The position numbers and the translations under genes are program-made. Shown in pieces: positions 11,484 through 22,248 of a stretch of DNA of 64,000 bases. The notes beneath the pieces were generated by a model that was given only the letters and a program-made list of their open reading frames with translations, ran no database searches and was not told where the DNA came from. This stretch comes from Gammaproteobacteria bacterium (GTDB taxonomy: Bacteria; Pseudomonadota; Gammaproteobacteria; Eutrophobiales; Eutrophobiaceae), in assembly GCA_965243205.1 (NCBI GenBank), contig CBDEUK010000002.1, positions 2,048,001-2,112,000 on the forward strand. Direction: 5' to 3'. Position 1 is the first letter of the stretch, and each line of letters opens with the position of its first letter.

Positions 11484-11636
11484 AGTTTTAATTCTATTAC
11501 ATAATTAATTGATATTACTCTTCTATAGTTTAACAATTTATGTGTCAATGGGAAAACAGGCTGAGCTTCTGCTAGATTATCTTGATTAATCAAGCTAGGA
11601 TTTAGTAAAAACTCAATACTGCTTTAGAGAAAAGAT

Positions 11637-12812
11637 ATGTTTAATGGTTTCCTGACATTGCCTTGGTGGTCATATATTTTAATTACTTTGGTTTTTACGC
11701 ACATAACCATTGTCTCAGTTACGTTATTTTTGCATCGAGCACAAGCCCATCGAGCCATTTCAATTCACCCTTTGGCTTCGCATTTCATGCGTTTTTGGTT
11801 ATGGTTAACCACGGGTATTAATACCAAGGAATGGGTTGCAGTGCATCGTAAACATCATGCAAAAGTAGAATTAGAAGAAGATCCTCACAGCCCTCAAGTA
11901 TACGGCATTAATAAAGTGCTCTGGGATGGTGTCGAACTATATAGAGCTGAAACATTACAACAACAAACTTTAGATGAATATGGCCATGGAACACCTGAAG
12001 ATTGGTTGGAAAAGAATCTTTATGCACGTCATACATGGACAGGTATTGTTTCTATGTTATTGATTAATTTTTTGTTGTTTGGATTTATTGGAATTTCTAT
12101 TTGGGCTATTCAAATGTTGTGGATACCATTATTCGCAGCCGGCGTTATAAATGGGCTCGGTCATTATTTTGGTTATCGAAATTTCGATTCACCTGATGCT
12201 TCGACCAATATTATTCCCATTGGTATTTTAATTGGTGGCGAAGAAATGCATAACAACCATCATGCCTTTGCTAGCTCAGCTCGTTTTTCAATTAAATGGT
12301 GGGAGTTCGATATTGGATGGCTTTATATCCAAGTACTATCTTTGTTGAAATTGGTAGAGATAAAGAAAGTTGCGCCTAGGCCAAAGATCAACCTTTATAA
12401 ACAAGCCGTTGATACAGACACAGTCAGAGCAGTGATTAATAACCGTATGCATGTGATGTCAGATTATGCAAAACGTGTTGTTAGTCAGGTTTATAAAGAA
12501 GAACATTCTAAAGCTAAGCCTGAAGCTAAGCCTATACTTAATCGTTTAAAACATATGTTAAATATGCCACAGATTTCGATCGATCCTTTGCACCATAAAC
12601 ATCTGCAAGAATTATTAGAAAATAATGAATCACTAAAAATAGTGTATGAATTTCGCCAAAGACTACAAAAAATCTGGTTAGAGAAAACTGCAAGTTATGA
12701 CAATTTAATGCATGATTTACAAGAGTGGTGCAAACAAGCAGAGCAAAGTGGTATTAAAGCGCTTGAAGATTTTGCACAGAACTTACGTGCATATACTTTA
12801 GTGACAACCTAA
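11637..12812 (+). CDS. desA: Delta-9 acyl-CoA/acyl-lipid desaturase
   Basis: His boxes HRAQAH, HRKHH, HNNHH; C-terminal WCKQAEQSGIKALEDF typical of DesA. Confidence 0.9.
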   Translation: MFNGFLTLPWWSYILITLVFTHITIVSVTLFLHRAQAHRAISIHPLASHFMRFWLWLTTGINTKEWVAVHRKHHAKVELEEDPHSPQVYGINKVLWDGVELYRAETLQQQTLDEYGHGTPEDWLEKNLYARHTWTGIVSMLLINFLLFGFIGISIWAIQMLWIPLFAAGVINGLGHYFGYRNFDSPDASTNIIPIGILIGGEEMHNNHHAFASSARFSIKWWEFDIGWLYIQVLSLLKLVEIKKVAPRPKINLYKQAVDTDTVRAVINNRMHVMSDYAKRVVSQVYKEEHSKAKPEAKPILNRLKHMLNMPQISIDPLHHKHLQELLENNESLKIVYEFRQRLQKIWLEKTASYDNLMHDLQEWCKQAEQSGIKALEDFAQNLRAYTLVTT

Positions 12813-12839
12813 TTCTTTATATTCAACAAGGGGATAATT

Positions 12840-13043
12840 ATGACTGTAGCAAGAGTTACTGAAATTTCTTCATCATCCAAGAAAAGTTTTGATGATGCGA
12901 TGGCCTCAGGTATAAAGCGAGCTGATAAGACTATCAGAAACATCACTTCAGCATGGGTCAAAGATCAAGAAGTTATCGTGAAGAAAGGTAAAATTACTGA
13001 GTATCGAGTTAAGATGAAGATCAGTTTTATTTTAGACGATTAA
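12840..13043 (+). CDS. Dodecin family protein
   Basis: 67 aa; SSKKSFDDA, TIRNITSAWV, YRVKMKISF. Confidence 0.85.
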   Translation: MTVARVTEISSSSKKSFDDAMASGIKRADKTIRNITSAWVKDQEVIVKKGKITEYRVKMKISFILDD

Positions 13044-13054
13044 ATTCTATTTCG

Positions 13055-13918
13055 TTATAGGCGGGCTGCAGAAAACGTATCACAAGTATTTACATCACCA
13101 CTTTCAAAGCCTGTTCTGAACCATCTAACACGTTGTTTTGAAGTGCCGTGGGTAAATGATTCAGGCACAACTCTGCCTTGAGCTTGTTGTTGTAATCGAT
13201 CATCTCCGATTGCCATTGCGGCATTCAAGGCTTCCTCTAAATCACCTCGTTCTAATACTTGTTTGCTTCTTTGAACTTGGTGTGCCCAAATTCCGGCTAA
13301 ACAATCAGCTTGCAGCTCTTGCATGACTGAAAGCTTATTGCCTTCCACTTTACTAACACGAGCACGTTGTGCGTGCACTTGTTTAGAAATTCCTAACAAG
13401 GTTTGGATATGGTGGCCAACTTCATGAGCAATGACATAAGCTTGTGCAAAGTCACCAGGCGCATTATGACGTTGCCTCAAGTCGCGATAAAAACTCAAAT
13501 CGATGTACATTTTTTGATCAGCTGGACAATAAAAAGGTCCCATTGCTGCTGATGCATTTCCACATGCAGATCGAACACCTCCTTTGAATAAAACCAGTTT
13601 TGGCTCGATGTATCGTTGTCCCATGCGTTGAAATTCTTGGTGCCAAACATCTTCTGTATCAGCAACAACGACAGATACAAAGTTTGCTAATTCTTGCTCA
13701 GCGGCAGTTGGTTTATATGGTTGGCTGGAAGGTGATGATGTTGGCCCTGTAGAACCACCCATTTGGTTGATGATTAGGCGTGGATCGACACCAAAATAAA
13801 GTGCTGCAAGTACCAATACAATCATGCCTAAGCCACCCGATTTCATCGGTGTGCCGCTCATACGTTGGCTACGTCTGTCTTCAATATTGCTACTGCGTCT
13901 TCGGTTACGCCATTTCAT
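13055..13918 (-). CDS. ypfJ: Neutral zinc metallopeptidase, YpfJ family (start reassigned to MKWRNRRR)
   Basis: SSNIEDRR, GPFYCPAD, HEVGHH, ELQADC, FTHGTS; SD GGAGGAG before 13918. Confidence 0.9.
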   Translation of the reverse strand: MKWRNRRRSSNIEDRRSQRMSGTPMKSGGLGMIVLVLAALYFGVDPRLIINQMGGSTGPTSSPSSQPYKPTAAEQELANFVSVVVADTEDVWHQEFQRMGQRYIEPKLVLFKGGVRSACGNASAAMGPFYCPADQKMYIDLSFYRDLRQRHNAPGDFAQAYVIAHEVGHHIQTLLGISKQVHAQRARVSKVEGNKLSVMQELQADCLAGIWAHQVQRSKQVLERGDLEEALNAAMAIGDDRLQQQAQGRVVPESFTHGTSKQRVRWFRTGFESGDVNTCDTFSAARL

Positions 13919-14004
13919 TATGGATTCTCCTCCAAGAATTATTTCTAAGACTACCAATAGTGATTATTGTTGAACAATAAAAATTTTTTATAAGAAGCTA
14001 GAGC

Positions 14005-14030
14005 AAAAAAAACCCGCTAAAAAGCGGGCT
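14005..14030 (-). terminator. Intrinsic terminator of rpmB-rpmG
   Basis: On - strand CCCGCT-TTTT-AGCGGG-like hairpin followed by T8. Confidence 0.85.
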
Positions 14031-14054
14031 ATTGAATCTACTAAGAAGAATTAA

Positions 14055-14210
14055 TTATTTAATTTTACCTTCTTTATACATGACATGCTTGCGAACCACA
14101 GGATCAAATTTTTTGATTTCCATTTTTTCCGGCATGTTACGTTTGTTTTTGGTAGTGGTATAGAAATGACCAGTACCTGCAGAAGAATTTAAGCGAATTT
14201 TATCTCTCAT
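14055..14210 (-). CDS. rpmG: 50S ribosomal protein L33 (not in ORF track)
   Basis: Manual translation [51 protein letters not shown]; SD GGAG upstream. Confidence 0.97.
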   Translation of the reverse strand: MRDKIRLNSSAGTGHFYTTTKNKRNMPEKMEIKKFDPVVRKHVMYKEGKIK

Positions 14211-14225
14211 AATGTTCTCCTAACC

Positions 14226-14462
14226 TTATACTCTTTCACCGCGTGCGCGGATTTCTTCAATAACACTTTCAATGCCTTTCTTATCGATAATTTTAAGGCC
14301 TTTATTACTCACTCTTAGGCGAACCCAACGTTGTTCGTTTTCTAACCAAAAACGACGTGAATGTAGATTTGGTAAAAAACGGCGGCGAGTTTTATTATGT
14401 GCGTGAGACACATTATTTCCCGTCATAGGGCGTTTTCCTGTGACCTGACATACTCTTGACAT
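14226..14462 (-). CDS. rpmB: 50S ribosomal protein L28
   Basis: [12 protein letters not shown]...[19 protein letters not shown]. Confidence 0.98.
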   Translation of the reverse strand: MSRVCQVTGKRPMTGNNVSHAHNKTRRRFLPNLHSRRFWLENEQRWVRLRVSNKGLKIIDKKGIESVIEEIRARGERV

Positions 14463-14493
14463 GGTAATTCTCAAAGGTTCTATTCAAAAAAGA

Positions 14494-14528
14494 GCGCGGA
14501 TTGTACATGGATTAATCGGTGGATCCAA
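14494..14528 (-). promoter_or_regulatory. sigma70 promoter of rpmBG with stringent-type discriminator
   Basis: On - strand TTGGAT -17 nt- TACAAT followed by CCGCGC. Confidence 0.65.
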
Positions 14529-14614
14529 GGATTTCTAGTGCAAATTCTTCATATTCATTTTAGCTAAAAATCAGTAAAATCGCGCCTCCAACATGTCAAC
14601 ATCTATAATTTTTT

Positions 14615-15337
14615 ATGAATCAACAAAATTTCCTGTCTAGTAAGCCGATTCCACCCTCTGAGCGCCTTATATTCGCTATGGATGTTCCCGATAGTGAAAG
14701 GGCTAAAGAGTTGGTAAAAATACTTGGCGACTCGGTGCAATTTTACAAAATTGGTTTGGAATTGTGTATGACTGGCGATTTTTTTGAGTTATTGCAGTGG
14801 TTACGAGAGCAAGATAAGAAAGTATTTGTCGATCTAAAGTTTTTTGATGTGCCACAAACCGTACAATCTGCTGTACGACAACTCAGCAAGCACGGTGCTA
14901 CATTTGCGACCATTCATGGAAATCAGGCGATTATGGAAGCTGCAGCTAAAGTTAAAGGTGATGTAAAAATACTCGCGGTAACGGCGCTTACGAGTCTCGA
15001 TCGAGGTGATTTAGATGATTTAGGTTTTGAATGCGATGTTGAAGATTTAGTACTTTCACGTGCAAAACGTTCGTTAGAATCAGGTTGTGATGGGGTGATT
15101 TCATCAGGCTTAGAGGCTCCAGCTCTGCGTGCACATATTGATCATAAGCTATTAGTGATTACCCCTGGAATTCGCCCAGTTGCGAATCAAGATGATCAAA
15201 AACGCGTAGTTAATGTTGAGCAGGCTTTTCGAAATGGTGCAGATTACATCGTAGTAGGCAGGCCAATACGTGATGCAGAAGATCCAAAGGCAATGGCCGA
15301 GCAAATTCAGCAAACGATTGCGAATATATTTAGCTAA
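14615..15337 (+). CDS. pyrF: Orotidine-5'-phosphate decarboxylase
   Basis: DLKFFDVPQTV (DxKxxD), TPGIR, DDQKR, VVGRPI. Confidence 0.96.
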   Translation: MNQQNFLSSKPIPPSERLIFAMDVPDSERAKELVKILGDSVQFYKIGLELCMTGDFFELLQWLREQDKKVFVDLKFFDVPQTVQSAVRQLSKHGATFATIHGNQAIMEAAAKVKGDVKILAVTALTSLDRGDLDDLGFECDVEDLVLSRAKRSLESGCDGVISSGLEAPALRAHIDHKLLVITPGIRPVANQDDQKRVVNVEQAFRNGADYIVVGRPIRDAEDPKAMAEQIQQTIANIFS

Positions 15338-16017
15338 TCAATATCGATTAAGCCGAGTTCTGCCAAAGATTGGCAATGATCATCACCAACTATAATATGA
15401 TCGAGCACGCGTATATCGATTAATTCCAAAGATTTTACGAGTCGTTTAGTTATTTCAATATCAGAGTTACTTGGGTCACTGGCACCAGATGGATGATTAT
15501 GAGCGAATATTATTGCTGCTGAATTGAATGCTAATGCTTCTTTTACAACTTCCCTACAGTGCACAGAGGCTCCATTAATAGTTCCTCTAAATAGTTCTTT
15601 AAACTCAATGACGCGATTTTTATTATCTAAAAATAAACAAGCAAAGACTTCATAAGGATAAGGCTTCAATTTCATCGATATGTAATCTTGAGTGGCCTTG
15701 GTATTATTTAATGCATCTTCACGTTGAATTCCTGATTTTAAATATCGCCTACCGAGTTCCAAGGCAGCGTGAATTTGAATGTATTTTACAATGCCAACAC
15801 CTGGAATTTTACAAATATCTTCCTGATTAGCTTCAAGTAATGATTTCAAATCACCAAATTGATTGAGTAGGTTTCGAGCTAAATCAACTGCGGAGAGGCC
15901 ATTCACACCAGTACGTAAAAAAATAGCGAGTAATTCAGCATCGGAAAGGTTCTGTGATCCTTGGTTGAGTAATTTTTCTCTTGGTCGTTCGGATTCAGGC
16001 CATTCATGGATATTCAA
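15334..16017 (-). CDS. radC: RadC/YicR JAB-domain protein
   Basis: RPREKLL, HNHPSG, DIRVLDHIIVG. Confidence 0.95.
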   Translation of the reverse strand: MNIHEWPESERPREKLLNQGSQNLSDAELLAIFLRTGVNGLSAVDLARNLLNQFGDLKSLLEANQEDICKIPGVGIVKYIQIHAALELGRRYLKSGIQREDALNNTKATQDYISMKLKPYPYEVFACLFLDNKNRVIEFKELFRGTINGASVHCREVVKEALAFNSAAIIFAHNHPSGASDPSNSDIEITKRLVKSLELIDIRVLDHIIVGDDHCQSLAELGLIDID

Positions 16018-16163
16018 AGTTATTTCCTTATCTTAAAATTTTTGCAATTTTTTAAAACTAACAGTCATATAGAGATTTTAAATCCCTCAAATAGAGTAAC
16101 TTTTCTCTATATAAAATAATTACCAGGGTGTTATGTAGTTTTTTAGGATACAATAGCAAGCTT

Positions 16164-17420
16164 ATGAATAATCTAAATAAAAAACGCATTTTACTGGGTA
16201 TTACTGGAGGCATTGCAGCGTATAAAAGCTGCGATCTCGTCAGGCGTTTAATCGATTATGGGGCTGATGTCAGGGTTGTAATGACTGAATCAGCGAAAGA
16301 GTTTGTGACACCGCTAACTTTTCAAGCTTTATCTGGTAATCCTGTTCATCATTCTTTACTCGATGAATCTGCTGAGGCAGCAATGGGGCATATTGAATTA
16401 GCTCGTTGGGCAGATGTGGTATTAATTGCTCCTGCAACGGCTAATACTATTGCTAAATTATCTAATGGGGTTGCGGATGATTTACTCAGTACCGTCGTAT
16501 TAGCTAGTTCTGTTCCTGTTTTATTGGCACCAGCTATGAATCAGCAAATGTGGCGAGCTGAAGCGACGCAAGTTAATTTAGAAAAAGTACAAAGTTTATC
16601 GTATCAAATCTTAGGCCCTGCTTCAGGCAGTCAGGCCTGTGGTGATATAGGTCCGGGACGTATGCTGGAACCTCTGGAACTTTGTCAGGCAATTAATGAT
16701 CTTTTTTCTACGGGTTCATTGGCAGGTAAACAGGTATTGATCACGGCAGGCCCCACCAGAGAGGCAATTGACCCAGTTCGGTTCATTACAAATCGTAGTT
16801 CAGGAAAAATGGGTTATGCCATTGCCGAAGCTGCTATCGAAGCAGGAGCTACTGTTACTTTGGTTTCTGGGCCAACGGTTTTAGCTGCACCTGAAGTAGC
16901 AACTCTTGAATCTGTTGAGTCAACCGAAGATATGTTGAACGCTGTTATGAAGCACATTGAGAATGTTGATGTGTTTATTTCTACGGCTGCAGTGGCGGAT
17001 TATTCTGTAAATTTAAAGTCAGATCACAAAATTAAAAAATCTGATCAGGATTTAACCCTGACACTGGCTAAAACACCAGATATACTGGCATCGGTTGCAG
17101 GATTGCAGGTTCCTATTTTCACAGTCGGATTTGCAGCTGAAACCGAACAATTAGAACAATATGCCAAAGCTAAATTGATCAATAAACAGTTGGATATGAT
17201 TGCTGCGAATCTTGTTGGAAATGGTTTAGGTTTTGATAGTGATGAAAATGAATTACAAGTTTATTGGCATGGTGGCGAACAGTTGCTACCGAGAACAAAT
17301 AAAACCAGATTAGCTAGGCAACTGATTGAGTTGATTGCACAGAAATTGGAACAAAAAAACTCTGAATGGCCTAAAACAGAATCTGGTCATCAGGGTACAA
17401 ATTATAATAAATATCATTAA
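16164..17420 (+). CDS. coaBC: Bifunctional phosphopantothenoylcysteine decarboxylase/ligase (start likely 16164)
   Basis: GGIAAYK, PAMNQQMW, ACGDIGPGRM, TAGPTRE, NRSSGKMG, GFAAET. Confidence 0.97.
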   Translation: MNNLNKKRILLGITGGIAAYKSCDLVRRLIDYGADVRVVMTESAKEFVTPLTFQALSGNPVHHSLLDESAEAAMGHIELARWADVVLIAPATANTIAKLSNGVADDLLSTVVLASSVPVLLAPAMNQQMWRAEATQVNLEKVQSLSYQILGPASGSQACGDIGPGRMLEPLELCQAINDLFSTGSLAGKQVLITAGPTREAIDPVRFITNRSSGKMGYAIAEAAIEAGATVTLVSGPTVLAAPEVATLESVESTEDMLNAVMKHIENVDVFISTAAVADYSVNLKSDHKIKKSDQDLTLTLAKTPDILASVAGLQVPIFTVGFAAETEQLEQYAKAKLINKQLDMIAANLVGNGLGFDSDENELQVYWHGGEQLLPRTNKTRLARQLIELIAQKLEQKNSEWPKTESGHQGTNYNKYH

Positions 17421-17461
17421 CCATCTTTAATTGGTAAATTCAAAGTGTTTATAAAGAGGAG

Positions 17462-19975
17462 ATGACTCTGATGGCAAAAGGTCCTGTCAAAGAAAAATTA
17501 TTAAAAAGACGGACTTTGCGTACCGCTGTTATTACTATAATAGCGGTTCTAGCATGTGTGGTTATCTTTTTTATTGCACAAAACATTCTTCAATCTAGTT
17601 CCAATATGGCTCAACAGGCGGCTGTTGAGTCGTCAACAACAATTGCAACTTCGATGAGTGATTTATTAACGCCTGCGATCAAAAAAATACAGGTTCAGTT
17701 AGCACAGTTGGCAAAGAATAATGAGATAGTTGTAGCATTTAAATCAGGTAATGAAGAACAAATAAAACAATCAGCATTAGAGAACGCTTCTAAATTTGCT
17801 GATGCATTAAAACTACGTTTTTTTAAACGTGGAAAATATGATTTGGATTATGAATCAAAACCTAACCTTGGTTTTGCATCGATCGACTTACTTAAAAAGG
17901 TTGAGGAATCTAAAGCACCTTCCAAAGTTGAAGTGCATAACCCAGGCTCAGAAGATGCTCATATTGTATTTGTTGAGCCTGTGCTAGAAGGACAGGAAGT
18001 CTTAGGTTTAATGCATTTAAGTATGCCTGCTTCTTTATATGAAGCAGTGGTGAAGGAATTTAAACTAGCGGAAGGATATGCTGAATTACAACAATCAGTT
18101 ATTGGTGGTACCGTTGATTTAAACTCCTTAGGTGATAAGCAATATAAAATTGGAACAGCAACAGCGACGGCAAAAGTATCAGGTACTCAATGGAAATTCG
18201 CGCATTGGTCATCGTCTCTTGCGAATAGTGGGAACTCATCGTTATTGTCATTGGTTGGTAGCTTGGTTCTATTGATTCTTGCCGGCCTAGCTGGTTGGTA
18301 TTATCTAGGTCGAGGCAAAGACGAAGATGATGCTAATTATTTTTATGATGAAGACGATGGGGTAATTTATCAAGGTGCTGTGAGAGCAATTATGGATGGT
18401 GCTCATCCGGGCGTTGAAAAATTAATTAGTAATTTACCCAGGGCTGGCCAGTCTCGCAGTATTAATCTACTTGATGAGGCTCAGGTAAAAGAAAAACCAG
18501 ATGTATCAAACTTACTAACAGAAGATACGTTTGATATAACCGAAGCTTCTGAAGAGCCAGAGCCAGTTCAAGAAGTAAAACCCGAAAAGAAGCCTGTTCA
18601 AGTTGATCCATCGATATTCCGTGCTTATGACATACGAGGCATTGTTGGGAATACACTGACGAAAGAAGTTGTCGAAGCGATTGGTAAAGCCATTGGTTCA
18701 GAAGCTAAGACAAGAGGTCAAGCAAGTATTGCTATTGGCCGCGATGGCAGGACTCATGGTCCAGAATTACAACAAGAGTTAGTCAATGGTATTGCCTCTA
18801 CAGGTGTGAACGTCATTAATGTGGGCATGGTTCCTACACCAGTATTATATTTTGCAACACATCATTTAGACGTCCACTCTGGAGTAATGTTGACAGGTAG
18901 TCATAACCCGCCTGATTATAACGGTATGAAGATTGTCTTAGGCGGGGATAGTTTATCTGGAGATGATATTCAAGGATTAAAAAATCGAATCATTGATAAT
19001 AATTTTGCAACAGGTGTTGGCGAAGTTTCAGAAGTTGATGTTAAAGCAGATTATATTCGACGTATCACAGATGATATTCCTGTTGCATTAGGTCGTTCTT
19101 TTAAAATTGTTGTTGATGCAGGTAACGGTGTTGCGGGTGAATTGTCTCCACAATTGTATCGAGCACTTGGTCATGAAGTTATTGATCAATATTGTGAAGT
19201 TGATGGTAATTTTCCTAATCATCATCCTGATCCTAGCCAGCCAGAAAATATTGCTGCGTTAATTCAACGTGTTAAAGATGAAAAGGCTGATTTAGGGTTT
19301 GCATTTGATGGTGATGGTGATCGACTAGGTATTGTTGATAGTTTAGGCAATGTGATATGGCCAGATCGTCAAATGATTTTATTAGCTGAAGATGTTTTAA
19401 GTCGAAATCCTGGAGCGCCTATTATTTATGATGTGAAATGTTCTCGTTATCTTACGGAAGCGATTGAAGCCGCTGGCGGTAAAGCGCTTATGTGGAAGAC
19501 TGGTCATTCCTTGATCAAAAAGAAAATGAAAGAAGTGGATTCACCGTTAGCAGGTGAGATGAGTGGACATATCTTTTTTAAAGAGCGTTGGTATGGTTTT
19601 GATGACGCGTTATATACAGGTGCACGTGTATTAGAGATATTGGTTAATAATGAATTAAGCCCTACTGAAGTCTTTGCTTTTATTCCTGAAGATGTTTCAA
19701 CACCTGAACTAAGAGCACGCCTAGATGAAATGGAACATGCTGGTTTTATGGAAGAGCTATTCAGTCAATCTAAATTCGATGGGGCTAATGTGGTGGATAT
19801 CGATGGGCTTAGAGCTGATTATCCAGATGGTTGGGGCTTAGTGCGACCATCAAATACATCGCCATATTTAGTGATGCGTTTTGAAGCGGAAGATGAAGAG
19901 GTTCTGCAACGTATTAAAACTGAATTTAAAGCAGCAATGTTAAAAGTAAAACCTGATTTGGAAATGCCATTTTAA
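17462..19975 (+). CDS. Phosphomannomutase/phosphoglucomutase (AlgC-type) with long N-terminal membrane-anchored extension
   Basis: C-terminal about 460 aa with FRAYDIRG, TGSHNP, FDGDGDR, GEMSGH; N-terminal two hydrophobic helices flanking a soluble domain. Confidence 0.92.
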   Translation: MTLMAKGPVKEKLLKRRTLRTAVITIIAVLACVVIFFIAQNILQSSSNMAQQAAVESSTTIATSMSDLLTPAIKKIQVQLAQLAKNNEIVVAFKSGNEEQIKQSALENASKFADALKLRFFKRGKYDLDYESKPNLGFASIDLLKKVEESKAPSKVEVHNPGSEDAHIVFVEPVLEGQEVLGLMHLSMPASLYEAVVKEFKLAEGYAELQQSVIGGTVDLNSLGDKQYKIGTATATAKVSGTQWKFAHWSSSLANSGNSSLLSLVGSLVLLILAGLAGWYYLGRGKDEDDANYFYDEDDGVIYQGAVRAIMDGAHPGVEKLISNLPRAGQSRSINLLDEAQVKEKPDVSNLLTEDTFDITEASEEPEPVQEVKPEKKPVQVDPSIFRAYDIRGIVGNTLTKEVVEAIGKAIGSEAKTRGQASIAIGRDGRTHGPELQQELVNGIASTGVNVINVGMVPTPVLYFATHHLDVHSGVMLTGSHNPPDYNGMKIVLGGDSLSGDDIQGLKNRIIDNNFATGVGEVSEVDVKADYIRRITDDIPVALGRSFKIVVDAGNGVAGELSPQLYRALGHEVIDQYCEVDGNFPNHHPDPSQPENIAALIQRVKDEKADLGFAFDGDGDRLGIVDSLGNVIWPDRQMILLAEDVLSRNPGAPIIYDVKCSRYLTEAIEAAGGKALMWKTGHSLIKKKMKEVDSPLAGEMSGHIFFKERWYGFDDALYTGARVLEILVNNELSPTEVFAFIPEDVSTPELRARLDEMEHAGFMEELFSQSKFDGANVVDIDGLRADYPDGWGLVRPSNTSPYLVMRFEAEDEEVLQRIKTEFKAAMLKVKPDLEMPF

Positions 19976-20022
19976 TTTTATAATTCAAGTAACAATTTTT
20001 TCACAAACTAAATTCGTTTTAG

Positions 20023-20934
<912 letters not shown>

Positions 20935-20944
20935 GATAACATAC

Positions 20945-21538
20945 ATGGCTAGAGCTGAGCGTAGTACAAATCGCCGTCAAGAAATATTAGAAACATTGGC
21001 GAAAGAATTAGAAACAAATCCTGGTTCAAGGATTACAACTGCAAACCTTGCGAAAGCAGTCGGTGTCTCAGAAGCGGCTTTGTATCGACACTTTGCAAGT
21101 AAAGCAAAAATGTTCGAAGCGTTAATAGATTTTTCTGAAGAAGCTGTGTTCGGTCTAGTCAATAAAATTCTGGAACAAGAAAAAGATCCAGAGCAACGAT
21201 GTGAAAAAATATTATCCGTTCTTTTGGTTTTTGCCGAACGTAACCCTGGGATCAGTCGAGTTTTAGTTGGGGATGCGTTAGTAGGTGAGAATGAACGCTT
21301 ACGAAAAAGAGTAACTCAATTTTTCGAACGCTTAGAAACTCAATTGAAACAAGTGTTGCGAGAGGCTTATTTATCTAATGCATCTCGTGCCGCACAAACT
21401 ATAGATGCTACTGCAAATACTATGCTGGGTTTTGTAGAAGGCCGCATGTCACAATTTATTCGTAGTTCTTTTGAAAAGAAACCCAGCGAGTTTTGGGATG
21501 AGCAATGGCAAATCTTACAGCCTGGGTTGTTTAAATAG
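20945..21538 (+). CDS. slmA: Nucleoid occlusion factor SlmA (TetR family)
   Basis: ITTANLAKAVGVSEAALYRHF..KAKMFE, NPGISRVL.GDAL. Confidence 0.93.
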   Translation: MARAERSTNRRQEILETLAKELETNPGSRITTANLAKAVGVSEAALYRHFASKAKMFEALIDFSEEAVFGLVNKILEQEKDPEQRCEKILSVLLVFAERNPGISRVLVGDALVGENERLRKRVTQFFERLETQLKQVLREAYLSNASRAAQTIDATANTMLGFVEGRMSQFIRSSFEKKPSEFWDEQWQILQPGLFK

Positions 21539-21593
21539 GCATTATTGTATTTCGAAGGGTTTTTAAACGGACATATCTAGCCCATTCCATAGT

Positions 21594-22211
21594 TTATTTT
21601 TTTAATATTTTAAATCGCTCAACATAATTCGCATATTCTTCGCGAATTAATTCTTGTTCTTTGTGTTTATCTTCTATGAATTGCTCATTATTATTAATCT
21701 GACGTTTTAAAGAGCTAATATCTTTTAATAGTTGTTCAGAAGGAGCATTTCCTTTACGTTCTTGTATAGCCGCTCTTGACATTAGTAGGTCCAATTCTGA
21801 TTGAAGTTTTTCAATACGCTTTTTACTTAAACCAATTTGAGCTTCAATAGAGGCAACTTTTCCATCACGTGTTAGATTAATATCTTCTACATTACTAAAT
21901 GTTTCTAGAAGGACTCTGTCATCGCGATCTTTTTCAGCTTTAAGTATTTCAGCTTGTTTTTTTTCTTCGACTAAACGTTTTTCTTCAGCGATTTCTTCTT
22001 CGGTTTTAGCGCGTTCTTGTTTATCAACAGTAATCCCTAAATTATTAACTTCTTCATGGCCCTGTTGTGCATATTCAGGAGGAACATTTTGACCACATTC
22101 TTTAACGCCATCAGAATTTGTCCAACACTTAAATCGTGCATTAGCATTAAAACTGATAAAGCAAGTTAAAGAAAAAATAGTGATAGTTTGTAATGTGAAA
22201 CGATAATTCAT
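21594..22211 (-). CDS. DUF4124-like exported coiled-coil protein (start likely 22211)
   Basis: Signal peptide, KCWTNSDG..CGQNVPPE, DRVLLETFSNVEDI..TRD; conserved next to pyrE. Confidence 0.65.
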   Translation of the reverse strand: MNYRFTLQTITIFSLTCFISFNANARFKCWTNSDGVKECGQNVPPEYAQQGHEEVNNLGITVDKQERAKTEEEIAEEKRLVEEKKQAEILKAEKDRDDRVLLETFSNVEDINLTRDGKVASIEAQIGLSKKRIEKLQSELDLLMSRAAIQERKGNAPSEQLLKDISSLKRQINNNEQFIEDKHKEQELIREEYANYVERFKILKK

Positions 22212-22248
22212 AGCTAACGTGTTTAATTTAAAAATAATAAAAAATTGA

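Noticed and set aside
11581-11594. FNR box upstream of desA
   Set aside because: Spacer is 2 bp instead of the required 4 bp; kept only as an unassigned palindrome.
15334-16017. radC as a marker of a mobile element or anti-defence island
   Set aside because: Full-length chromosomal form at its usual position divergent from coaBC.
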